The notes below the pieces were generated by a model. The model saw only the letters and a program-made list of their open reading frames with translations, was not told where the DNA came from and searched no databases. A DNA stretch of 64,000 bases from Balanoglossus misakiensis (Eukaryota > Animalia > Hemichordata): contig CM082576.2 of NCBI GenBank assembly GCA_040954595.2, forward strand, positions 1,648,760 through 1,712,759, read 5' to 3'. Shown in pieces: positions 11,126 to 23,100 of this stretch. Position 1 is the stretch's first letter, and the number at the start of each line of letters is the position of its first letter. The position numbers were made by a program, and so were the translations under genes.

Positions 11126-13727
11126 ATGGCATCAGGTGAGACTGCTGCAGTCACTGGCAAATCAACGCAGTGATCGAAGCCACACTGACGCAACTAAATA
11201 AAGGTCTGCAATCCCCTGCTGCAACCTCGCTGGGGTCGCGCGACAAATCAAATGGGCATTTATGGCATATGTCTTAGCTCTGTTCAGGTCTGAGGTCTGT
11301 GTGTTCCCGGCGAACACACAGACCTGTACTCAGGGCTAGGGAAAACGAAGGGGAACGTATGAAAAACAAAACTGCCCGAGTGAAAATAATTTTAACATTT
11401 TTATATTCAGTTCATATCTGGTTTTCTCATGCTATGTTGACCCACATTTATAGATATCACCAAAACAAGTATTCGACAGAAGATCTGGGATTATCTAGAG
11501 GCAAGCAATTTAGCATGTTTCCCAAGACCAGTTCACCACAGAATACCAAACTTCAAGGTAACAATTTCCTACAAAAATAATGACAACTAGGTGTATATTG
11601 CGTGATACAATTATTTCACAGATGCAAACGAAAAGCAATGTTATTGTTAGAACTCACCCCCCCCCCTCCCCTCCCTCTATTTTCAAGAACATTTTATGCA
11701 AATGAGAAGCCTGCCATCAAACACAGTCCCACAAACTATAACTTCTCATGAATATCAGCAGAGCATGTGTGGTCTTTCACATTTGCAGACATTAAAACTT
11801 TAAATATCAAAGGAGGGTGATGTAAAATCTTGCAGACATTTTGAGGATAGTTCAGTAGTGAGTACTGATGATGTTATTTTTCTCTCCTTGCAGGGAGCAA
11901 AGAATGCAAATGAGAAAGTTTCCGAGTTGGAAATGTTTAGAAAATCAACAACAATCAAAATAAACCCAGATAAAGCACAGGAACATGCCAGATTTCTCAC
12001 TCTTGAGGTATGCAACTCAGAAGTTCTTAAGTGGCAGCAATGCATGTAACCTAATGCACAATTATTTTCCACAGCCATATTTCTCACCAAACTGGTCAAC
12101 TGCGCTCAGAATCTAAACTGAATGCTCAGGGAAATAAAAACACATTATTTTTCACCACTCTGTAATTACATGTACAATCATATTTATCTTACCTTTTGTG
12201 TCTTCAGGCCAATAAAACCTTATTGGTACCAACTCCTAGACTGAAAACTGGATTGTTTAATAAAATCATGCCTCCCAAGGGTGCAAACAAGGCAATGTTA
12301 CAAACCTGTTCCACATCTAAGGTATATGTATATCCTAGTTTGTACCGTTTGTACCGGAAATTTGCCTCATAGTATCTATGTATGGTTTCAATGGGCACAA
12401 AACAGACATCTGAATACAGGAGTTTTTAGAATCCAATAAAATTTCATCCAGCCATATACCAAAGTGACTCACTACATCATCAGTTATTCAGCAAGATATA
12501 GCAGTAGTTTGGTAATGCATTTTTGACTAATAACATTTAGCCAGCTGGCAGGAATCCTCTCTATGGCAGTATATAACAAGGAATGTAAACGATGTTGGTG
12601 AATGGTGGCTAGAATGAAAGCAAGGACACTTGAAAGTTGTTTTCAACTGAACCATATTTTTTATTATTGCTTTGTTCACAAAGTCTTAAAATCTAAAAAA
12701 ATATATATTCAGCTAAACTGCTATACGTGAATTGAAAGCCATAGAAGTCACAGTTGACGGATATTGAATATTCTTGTTGATATTGTTCCAGCTGTTATCA
12801 GATGGCTAAAATGTATCTGTAAGAAATATTAATGCAATTGCATGAATTACAGTATGCTTATTAACTCTAATTGTTCAGGGTGTGAGAGAATACAGTGTGC
12901 CAATTGGACTAGATCATCATTTCAATGTGGACCTTGTAATTGTTGGATCTGTTGCTGTATCAATCAAAGGTAAGTATTAAAGAGTCCAAACAAACATTCT
13001 TCAATACTGACAAGCATTGGTGTTGTATAATCACCAGTCATTTAGTTTGAAACTAAAATCATGAACATGATATAAAAATAGATGCCATTACCAATGCTGT
13101 ACTGATTAAAAAAAGTTTTGAATTCATAAATTTTCAATGCCTGTAAAAATCAGAATTGAAACATTAATGTAATTTAACCATAGAAAACACATATTGTGGA
13201 CAAGTGTTTAGCCACAGAAATCAGTGCTGCAATATCCTAAGTAATACAATGTATTTGTCCTTTTGACCTTGTTTGCATTGACATTCTGTTTAGGTCACCG
13301 CATTGGTAAAGGGGAAGGATATGCTGACATGGAATATGCAATGATGTCAACCATTGGAGCTGTCAATCAAAATACTGTTGTCATAACAACAGTACATGAT
13401 TGCCAAGTGATGGAACTTCCAGAAGAACTGTTTGGTGACCATGATTTGAGTGTGGATTATATCCTCACACCTACTCGGACAATAAAGTGTGAAGGAAATC
13501 TTCCAAAACCAAGTGGAATCATATGGTCCAAGTTAACTCGTGAAAAGTTGAACGATATTCCAATTTTGAAAGGTTTGAGATTTAAAGAAAAGAAAGAAGG
13601 GAAGGATGTGAGACTTGAGCATGAATTGGAATCTGATTATCATGTAAAAGAAAGCCCTGGATTTGGATCTGAATCTGACTTGGGAAAGAAGCCAGTGAAA
13701 GATGAACAAGATCCAGATGAGAAATAA
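11126..13727 (+). CDS. MTHFSD: Methenyltetrahydrofolate synthetase domain-containing protein (5-FTHF cyclo-ligase-like), 6 coding exons, about 288 aa
   Basis: join(11126-11135,11454-11557,11894-12007,12208-12321,12879-12969,13294-13727), all GT-AG and phase-consistent (867 nt). Peptides [89 protein letters not shown] and VDYILTPTR match MTHFSD as I recall it. The 10-nt first exon (ATG GCA TCA G|GTGAGA) is the least certain part. Confidence 0.93.
11293..11339 (+). other. Perfect 14-bp stem-loop followed by CTAG (Helitron 3'-end-like) in MTHFSD intron 1
   Basis: AGGTCTGTGTGTTC-CCGGC-GAACACACAGACCT (11293-11325), with CTAG 10 nt downstream at 11336-11339. Confidence 0.45.
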
Positions 13728-13976
13728 ATGTTTGCATGGCTGTATTACATTTACAATATGTTTTGACATGAACCAATACAATTATTTGCAATGATGTACA
13801 CGGCTTCAGTTTGTGCCTATGTCTATTCTGCCACCTGCATGCTCCAGTAAATCTGCCATGATAATTTTCTTTAATTCACCAAGGTAGTTGCTTGGCAAAA
13901 ATCCCATCCCATACTTTTCAAAGCCCTGAGCTGTAGCCAGAAATAACATTCCAGCATGGTTTGAAAATCTTCCATT

Positions 13977-15788
13977 TTATTTTACAACACAGAGGAATGG
14001 CAGTATTAATTGAGGCATTGGAGCACATGCATCCCACTTTCTTTCATCCATATTAAATCTGTACCATGCTGCCAGATTTTCATCAAAGCTGGCTTCACAA
14101 GTTGCATACAGTGAATTGGTGGCCTTTGAAAACACAGAGCTCATTTCATTTCCTCCAGGGCAGTCGGTGAAGAAGACTGGTAAAGACTCTGCAAGTTCAA
14201 TTTCATGTTCATATGAATACCAAGAGTTCCTTTCTGTGTCGTAGACATCGGGATCACGGCATTCATAGTCTGAAACCAAGACTTTACCATCTGCCATAAC
14301 AAAGCATATGTTCATGCTATGTCTGGATACCTGCATTTCACTTTTCAATGACCATGATTCAGTGACTGTATCAAAGCATTCAACCTCAAGGATGCTTTCA
14401 GCATCAGAGACTTTGCCACCCATGATGTAAATACACTTGCCTTTGGCTACTGCGCAGAAATACAATCTACCGACAACCATCGTAGGCAGAGAATCCCACT
14501 TGTCTGCAACAGGGTCATAGCGCGCAGTTGCTGTTACAACTGTGTTCGTAAGTGAGCTGAGAACACTAGAGAACATGAACAGTTTGTCTTGGCATGTGAC
14601 AAGCTGTCCCCACATTTCACCATTTGGGTCCTGATTGCGGAAGACATGCTGGGGCTTGCTCATAGAGGAACACTCTGACCATGTATTGGTGACAATGTCA
14701 TACTTGTGTAAATCCATTTGCTCCGTTATGGCATCATAACATATGCAATACAAGAAATCGCCACAAAATGCTAGTCCCTGCACTGACTTGGCATTCAGAG
14801 TGGCCAGAGAATACCACATGTTCAGTCTTGGCACATAGCATTTTGTCAGCGTCTTCTCATCACCTTCTGTTCCTGTGGTGCCAACAGCAAAAATAACCTC
14901 ATCTGGATTGCCATATCTTGGTCTGGTTCGTTGGTTTTGCTCTTCTCCATGTATCTCAGGAAGTAGTTGATACCCCATTGCATCTTGTATCAATTCTTTG
15001 CACCACTCCGACCCACAAATTAGGGGTTCTTTCTGTACATGTCCGATCAGATGGTGTGCAGGCATTAGGGGTAACCTAACATACGACATTAGTTCATCAA
15101 GGTGCAGCTTTCTTTCATCCACGTTGTGCTTAACCCACTTCATGACTGCATAGAATATTTTGATCTCTTTTACTTCGATGATATCGCTCTTGATCATCAC
15201 TATCACCACCTCCTTGGGGAAGTCCACAAACCCGGGACTCTTGACAATGCTGGAGAAATTCTTACTAAGGTATGTTTCGACATCAGTGCGTAAGTTGTCG
15301 AGGTTATACGTATCGGCGTTTCTGTATGCCGTTAGAATGTTGCCGACGCACAGTGTCTTGGTCCAATACTCGGCACAATAATCTCGTACGTTCTGCATCA
15401 AGAATAAATCCGAAGCAGCAATAATATCCTCTACGTTGCTATCTGATATGGTGATCTTGTCGGTGTACATATAATCCAGAAGACTCTCAACAGCATTCGG
15501 ATTCAGTGAATATAACTTCACCTCCTTCTGTCTGCTTTCCGCGAAACGGTTTTCCGAAAACATGCTTTTGAAGTACAGGCAACACGCTGACAGAATGTTG
15601 CGGTGTGCGGAAAACTTCCGACCATTTATGACTAACACGACGTCGCAAAGTTCCCCGTTCAACCTCTGCAAGTTCAACTGCTCCATCAGATTAACTGCAT
15701 GTTCACCATTACTGGAAAACTCAATAGGGTTTTCATCCACTTTGCGTTTTCGACGGCGTCTTGTCCGACGACCTGACTTGGGCGCCAT
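13977..15788 (-). CDS. Intronless BTB-BACK-Kelch (KLHL-like) protein, 603 aa, probable CUL3 substrate adaptor
   Basis: Single ORF. BTB motif LCDVVLVINGRKFSAHRNILSACCLYFKSMF; BACK motifs EIKIFYAVMKWVKH and LMSYVRLPLM; degenerate Kelch repeats (YDIVTNTW, YDPVADKW, IYIMGG, FDTVTESW); basic N-terminus RRTRRRRKRK. Confidence 0.95.
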   Translation of the reverse strand: MAPKSGRRTRRRRKRKVDENPIEFSSNGEHAVNLMEQLNLQRLNGELCDVVLVINGRKFSAHRNILSACCLYFKSMFSENRFAESRQKEVKLYSLNPNAVESLLDYMYTDKITISDSNVEDIIAASDLFLMQNVRDYCAEYWTKTLCVGNILTAYRNADTYNLDNLRTDVETYLSKNFSSIVKSPGFVDFPKEVVIVMIKSDIIEVKEIKIFYAVMKWVKHNVDERKLHLDELMSYVRLPLMPAHHLIGHVQKEPLICGSEWCKELIQDAMGYQLLPEIHGEEQNQRTRPRYGNPDEVIFAVGTTGTEGDEKTLTKCYVPRLNMWYSLATLNAKSVQGLAFCGDFLYCICYDAITEQMDLHKYDIVTNTWSECSSMSKPQHVFRNQDPNGEMWGQLVTCQDKLFMFSSVLSSLTNTVVTATARYDPVADKWDSLPTMVVGRLYFCAVAKGKCIYIMGGKVSDAESILEVECFDTVTESWSLKSEMQVSRHSMNICFVMADGKVLVSDYECRDPDVYDTERNSWYSYEHEIELAESLPVFFTDCPGGNEMSSVFSKATNSLYATCEASFDENLAAWYRFNMDERKWDACAPMPQLILPFLCVVK

Positions 15789-16108
15789 CTTCGAGCTTGT
15801 GACCTGACCTGACCTGACCTGACCTGACCCAGGACGCTACATCAAGAAAGTGACAGCGAAATTATCGCCAATGGGTAAATTGACCTACTGGGTGGCTCCT
15901 CAAACATAAATAAAGAAATAAAAATAAAGAATAGAGCTAGTCTAGCAACAAAATATCCTGATGCAAACGTTAAATGAAATTTGTCGCAAACCGAGAATCA
16001 TGTACGACAAGCGCACTCTTTTATGGTAAATAAATTTATTTCAGTCAGAACATACTGACAATGACATGATAATACGAATCAAGCGACTCGGAAGATTAGG
16101 AAGTAGCA
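15789..16108. promoter_or_regulatory. Bidirectional promoter region shared by the Kelch gene and AP4M1
   Basis: The two start codons diverge 320 bp apart. A YY1-like AAGATGGCG overlaps the Kelch ATG, and (TGACC)6 lies at 15800-15829. Confidence 0.6.
15800..15829. repeat. (TGACC)6 pentanucleotide repeat
   Basis: Six perfect TGACC units, 11 bp upstream of the Kelch ATG. Confidence 0.95.
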
Positions 16109-19100
16109 ATGCTTTCGCAGCTTTTCATATTGTCTGCAGGAGGAGACACGTTAGTTAACAAAAACTGTATCCTTTACATACAATTCCCCCGCTGGTGGCG
16201 CCCAACCACAGGGAGCTCTTCCTCTGTGTGTGTACATGTATACGTGTGTGTGTTGTCATTGATAAAAAAGATATATGCGAAAAAAATATTTCAATAACTT
16301 TTGCCCCGCATATGATTGAGTTTCAACAAAAATACATTCATCATAGTCACTGAAACTGTGCCATATATTATGAGGATATTGGAAATGATTTTTTTATCCA
16401 TACCAGGGGCACTTATAAGACTTTTAGTGTCACTATATGTACATGCATGTACCCCATGTAGTAATGAATAAAAGTATTTGCAAAAAAAGTTAAAAACAAT
16501 TTTCCTTGACAGAGTATATAGACAGATGTGATGGGATAAAAGATGCTTCAGAAACATTCTTGCAAAAATTGCACCATTATAAAGGTGAACAAGCACCCCC
16601 GATGCTTGTAAGTTGAATTTCTTATTGTGACCAGTGGGATTTTTGGCCAAATGTAGTACATTTCTTGTGGGTTGCCATGTTCACAGAGCCAGTTTATGGT
16701 TGCAATTCTTAACAAATGATATCCAGAAGGGCAGCACCTCTGCATCAAGTGTTAACATTAAAAAGTTGCAATATCTCAAAATGTTTTCATAGATTACCTA
16801 TACAAATGTATGTTACACTGGAATAAAATAATTTTGATCAAATGGGAGCAGTGTTCTCGATGCTATTTTCTTTTATTCAGTTGTATTCTTTCATGAACTA
16901 AACTAACTCTTCCAACAACATCTTATAGGTGACACTTTCCTTCTACGGCCTTCACAGATTTTTTATATGAGTGTATATAGCAAGTTTAATTAACCAAACA
17001 TTAATGTCTTTCATTTTCTTCTGAATATGTGTAGGAAGTTGATGGCTCCTTCTTTGTCTACATAAAGTGCAATGACCTCTATTTTGTGTGTACAGTCAAT
17101 CAAAGTGTGCAGCCTGTCACTGTGTTAGAATTCTTGGCCAGGTGAGTGTCATATGTCCATGAACCAAACTACAAGAAACTGGTAATATATATAGTGGTTC
17201 AATTGACAGACACACCACAGATTTCATTTCAAGAAAAATAAGGGCACCAAGCATGATTAAATCACCAAATAATTAAAAATTGTTTTTCAGGGTCAGTAAT
17301 CTTTGTAAAGACTACTGTGGTATTCTCAATGAAGAAGCCATCCGTTTAAACTTTGCATTAGTTTATGAGTTGTTAGATGAGGTGATGGTAAGTATACTCA
17401 AATTCTGTTGTCAAAAATTACAAAAATATCACAAATAGGAAATTAGTAGGTGATAAGGAAAGTCTTCAGGCAGTATGTGAATTGTGGTTTGTATTTGTAT
17501 AATCCTGCATTCACTTCACCCACGGCTGTAATGATTAGCAAAGAATTTGACTTTGACTTTGTCCAGGATTTTGGCTGCCCGCAAAACACGTCTACTGAAG
17601 GTCTAAAGGCTTACATTCAAAACGACCCAGTGTTGATAAAACCAGATCGACAGACAAGCATAGTATCTTCAGGACTGGTAAGACATTCCAGTTTACTACT
17701 ATTGAATCAAGTTTGTTTTCTTGGGTGAACTTTTACATGTAGGTTAGAAAGAGTTTTAATGTTGAGATATTTTGTGAAATGATAGTGCTGATGTGAAAGA
17801 CTACAAATTGTATATTACATAATTTACCACCAAGCACCACTTTTTAAGTGAATTTATTGTGTCTGTCTGTCTGTGTGTGTGTGTCTTTCATAGTTTGGTG
17901 CAGATCATCAGCTTGCCCCAAGTACAGCAGCAAATAAACCAATATCAGCATCAAGACGAGAACAGGTAGGTAGTGAGCAGCCATTTTGAATGCAGATGGC
18001 TAAAAGATCGCCATATGCTTTCAATATTTTGTGATTTGTGGCCATGTGAAAGTGATGTTTAGGAAGAAAAGTTTTCTTTCAGCTTTCAGCTATTCAAGTC
18101 ACATCCATGGCAGATTTAAAATGAGGGTTTGAATGCACTGATAATTCAAATAATAGGTGTTGCCAGTTTGTTTCTTCTAGTTGTCTAACTGACTAATCCT
18201 AGCCAGCCATGACTGATCAAAACTATATGTGCTAACAAGATAAAACATTGTCAAACTTTATATTCCTAATTCAGAAAGTATTCATTTTTTAGTTTGATTA
18301 TTCACAGAATGAAGTGTTTATTTTTTCACATTTTTCTGTTTTTCACAGCTTACTCGTAAGAATGAAATTTTTGTCGATGTGATTGAGAGGCTCACTGTTC
18401 TTATTGCTGCAAATGTAAGTGAAATATGCACAGTGTTAAATGTCTGCCCAAATTGTACATTACACCACAAAATGAAAATTATAAGAGGATTGCTTTGACT
18501 CACTGCCAAGTGTTACCAGTTGTTCAGAATGAGTAAGCTTACCCTTGCTAGCATGCTACACACATCAAGACTGATCCAAAGTGACAAATTCAAGTGTAAT
18601 TTGGTTGAAACACCCAATAATAGAAAATTGAAAGTTTATTTTTGTAATTACAGGGTAACACAGTACGCAGTGAGGTTGATGGTACCATACAGATGAAGAG
18701 TTTCCTTGTTGGTTCACCGGGTAATTTTGTTTTGATGATAATGACATGTGATTTTATTAGTCTTTGATATACATGTACCATACTATCTCCCAGGACTCAT
18801 GATGTTATTTGTATATAACTTGAACTTGACAATACAGATATAAAAATGGGTTTAAATGAAGACATAGCAATTGGGAAGGCAAGTAATACTGGCTATGGTA
18901 CTCATGTCAGACTGGATGGCATCAATTTCCACCAGAGTGTCAATTTGGATGAATTTGATCATGGTAAAATTGTCAGCGTTATTCCACCAGAAGGAGAGGT
19001 GAGTTTTCTTGACGGACTTTTAAGACATGAACCTAGTCAGATTTTTTTGTCAAAAACTGCCTTCACATGTAAGATTTTTGGACTTTGATATTTGATTATA

Positions 19101-20190
19101 TCTAGGAATGTTGAATCACTAGTAATGTCTTGTATTTTCAGTTCACATTGCTTACATACCACATATCTGGAGAACTTCCATCACCACTGCCATTCCAAGT
19201 ATTTGCATATGTTGAAGATGACCAAGAGAGAAGGTGACAGTGTTTTTTCATCGTGAAATTCATTATTTTACAGTAGATGCTGGTAAATTTGATTGTGGCA
19301 CATATCTCCTGTTGATGGTATTGTTACATCATGACATTCTGGCAAGGAGGGTGGGAGTAATGTTGTTACCTTATTTCACCTTTTTCTTGAATTTTGTCTT
19401 TCATATTTTTATGTTTGACTTATTGACTATTTTTGTTTCAAACAACAGTCAACTATGTGTACAGTTGAAGGTGCGATGTGACGTCCCATCCAGAGACCAT
19501 GCGGTAAATGTTGTTGTCAGATTACCAGTTCCTAAAACAACAACAGAGTGAGTAACATGTTTTATTAGGTCCCATTTGGCATATGTATGTATACACCATT
19601 TAATTGAATTGAGTTGAATTGGATAAAAATCGAATTGAAATATTCAGTCATATGCATGATTGACATGATTAGTTTGTATAACGTTCTGACTGGTCATCTG
19701 TCATTTTGTGAGTATGAATATAAGAACGTTCAGTCTGTCATTGGTGCCTACTGTGTTTTCAGTGTTACAGGAACCATCAGTGGGGCTGGAGAATCACTGG
19801 AATACAAATCAAGAGACAAACTGGTTTTCTGGAAAATCAAAAAAATCCAGGGATCTACAGAAGTGGGAACCAAGTTGACGGTATACTATCAAGTCTTTTA
19901 TGTGGGGCTACTAATAGCTCTCATCTTTTGATTGTCATGAAGTAAGTTGAACTAATCAGAAAATCATAATTATATCTTCTTCTTTTGGCCAACAGGTTTC
20001 TGTTCCAAACTGTTGCAAACAAACCAGAATGGAACTAGGACCAATCAGTCTCGAGTTCGAAATCCCAATGAGTGTACTGTCTCACCTACAGATTCGCTTC
20101 TTACGTGTCTTCGACAAAGATCATTCTTATGTTCCTCTGAGATGGGTCAGATATGTTACCCACTCAGATTCCTACGTAGTACGGCTGTGA
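16109..20190 (+). CDS. AP4M1: AP-4 adaptor complex subunit mu-1, 13 exons, about 442 aa
   Basis: join(16109-16166,16522-16607,17035-17141,17291-17387,17567-17677,17894-17965,18349-18414,18654-18720,18838-18998,19142-19233,19449-19547,19763-19880,19996-20190) = 1329 nt, in frame. Peptides [82 protein letters not shown] and LQIRFLRV...RWVRYVTHSDSYVVRL are characteristic of mu4. Confidence 0.93.
16167..16521 (+). other. U12-type (minor spliceosome) GT-AG intron, AP4M1 intron 1
   Basis: 5' splice site GTATCCTTT; branch point TTTCCTTGAC at 16501-16510, 11 nt before the acceptor AG; no polypyrimidine tract. Splicing here restores the frame (KNY|RCD). Confidence 0.9.
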
Positions 20191-23100
20191 TAATACATGA
20201 ATGTATGGTTGGTGTTGTCAAACTACATCCAGCTGTTGGCTCTCTAGCTTCAAAGATTTGCATGCTCAGTATATGTCGTATGCCAGCACATGCACGTGAC
20301 AAAATCTTTCAGTCTATGTGGTTGTGTACTGAAAAGTCTAAGCCATGCTTTGGTAGAAGGTGCTTACTTCATTGGCAGTAAAAGCATCAAAGACGTAGTA
20401 ATAATAACACCATTTTATTTTACAAGTTGTAAAAGTTATAAGCGTACAGTTTTTGATATGCCCCTTAACATCTAATGCCCTAGACAATGACAATAATGGA
20501 AACTACTTGACATTGAGAAGATATTAACAAATTATTGAATAATGTAAGCATTCACATTGTTCAAATGCACATGCTAATTTGTGATCAAAAGAAACGCTAC
20601 AGAGAAATGGGGCAAGTCAAAATCACAATCCTACGCATATCTACAGAAAGTATAGAAAATACTATGAAGAAATAGTCACTTTGTTAGCAACTATTCAGTA
20701 TCATGTTTTTCTAAAAGAAGGTTTAATTTTTTTGAATCAACCTTTTTTGTTTGTTTCTGTATATGTGAATTAAAGTCTAATTGCTATGGCAACAAGGTGA
20801 TTTATTATATTCATGCTGAGTAATCTTTTTTGTTGTCAATTCTCTGTGTGCAATGAGGAGTTTGCATTTATTGAAGATCTGGAAAATTTAAAATACAGAG
20901 AATGAAAATGTACATATTAAGAAAGGACATAAATACTGTAATAAAACCGAGAAATTCTCACTTGTCATACTTTCTAGCACAGCTCTCTCTTTTTCTTAAA
21001 TATTTAAATTATTTACATGAATAAGTTACTGTGGCTATCTGTTTATGTTACAATAAAGAATACTTATATCTCTATCTTTCATCTTGGCTATATACACAAC
21101 TCTTATTGTTTTATTTATTTTTAAAGCCTCCAAACTTTTTTTTACCCAAAGAAAGCCTATCTTGATATTTGGTTAAACCCAAAGAAAATTTGTTCATGTT
21201 TTCTATGTGAATTTTCTATGGCTTGTTTTATGCACAAGTCACATTTCTTTTTGTCATGCAAGTGACCTTTGAACTCCGAGTTGATGGTGGAAAACTTCCT
21301 GAGAACAGTTTCTACATCTGATATTTCTACTACTTCAAGCAAGTGTAGGTCAGTTATATTCAATCACACATTTGTAAAAATTTCAAATTCCAAACTTTTT
21401 GAAAATGATGTGTACAGATTTATTTTAGTCTACCCAATTAGAATCCATAATGATTACAAGATGAAAGTTGTTTCAATTCTGAATTTTTCCAAGGTGACCT
21501 GATCTCTAACAAAATCCTGTTTGACCATAAATGAACATTTTCAAAATCCTATTTACATTTTGGCAAGCTAATTTCAAAGTAAACATTTTTTTTTTCGCAA
21601 ATGCAATTGACCAAGATACTTTTCAAAACTTGGGCTGCAAAACATACATCTCAAATTAATGTGACAGCGCCCCCATGAGCTCAAACAAAATTCGGAGCTC
21701 CATGGAAACTAGAACTCTGTGATATCATTAGTGTATTGTGATAATTCTTGTATTTTTTTTATGAGTTTGACCTACCACAATATTTTAATGCACACAGGAG
21801 TCAACTTCTAATGATCCATGTGTGTGGTACACTGCAGTAGATTATGATGGCTGGTTGTTTTTTTTAATGAAATTTGAAAAAGCAGATACGACAGTCAGAA
21901 CAACAGTGCCATATTTTGTCAAGCAGTGTAATGTTTAAAAAAAATATGGTAATAATTTCTGTTAAGAAGGGGACTAAATGTTTTGAATACATTTAATGCA
22001 ATGTTTTTGGCAAACTTCATTAGTGAAAAGTCACAAAATGTGTCACTGCTTTCGGTTATATACTATGTTCTAAAGAAAATGATGAAATTTACCAAATCAG
22101 AAACTTAGGAAAACAGTATATATTTTAAGTTAGTTATTGCAAGAGGGGAATAGAATTCAACATTTCACAGAAATAAAATGTGTAAGATCCAGAGGGTGCC
22201 AGTAAATGGGAAAGCCTAGATAGAGCTGATAGATTCTTCTGTCACTTCCAGAGAATGTAAAGTTTGTTGTCACTTTACTCTACACATGTCCTGTACCACA
22301 CAGATGAACCACTAACACTTTAGTGTGCACAAGCTAAGTTTGTACCCAACCTGTGAACATAGTCACTTTGAGAAAAAATTTAAACAATGCAATCTACATC
22401 TATAGTAACCTCATACAAAATATCTGCAAGAAAATGAATTCAATTGTACGAAAAAAAAAATGACAACTTGATTTTACAAACACACAGAATCTGAAGGCAA
22501 AGGTGTCTGGGGCAGTCTCTTGAAGTCATAATATATTTTATGTTTTTTTGTTTTTTGTTTTTTGTTTTTTTAATTAGTACATTATTTTCACACACACATT
22601 TAGAAACACACTCTGTCAATGTGACAAAGTAGTCAATACCAGCCATGCAAGGTTCTTGGAAATTTTAAAGATTGTCATTTTTCCTCATTTGCTGAATCGT
22701 ACAATTGTCAGATTTAAATTTTGTACACAAAAACAAACATTCATGAGAAGGTGATGTTTCTTTTTGTTCCATACACACTAAATATCTGAAGAATGACTAC
22801 AATCATTTACATGTTTACAGTGATTTTTTTTTCAAGAACAGATCTCTTGAAGGGCACTATAGAAGTAATATCACTTTTCATTGCTTTGGAAATTCTCTAT
22901 AAATTCTTTAGCTACAGCATATATGTTTTATATTAAAATCTGCTGAATACATCTATAAAGAAAGCACCAAGGTGAATTTAGTTCCCAAGTGATGCCTTAA
23001 AGAGATGAAGACAAGGACATTTCATCTATCTTTAGTTCTGTCTCCAAGCAACAGCTGATAAACTGCCCAGCATCTACATTCTGCCCTCTATAGTCCTCTG

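Noticed and set aside
11068-11338. TAGCCCTGAG ... CTCAGGGCTA as MITE terminal inverted repeats
   Set aside because: Only 10 bp long, it would enclose MTHFSD exon 1, and AGCCCTGAG also occurs at about 13922, so chance is plausible.
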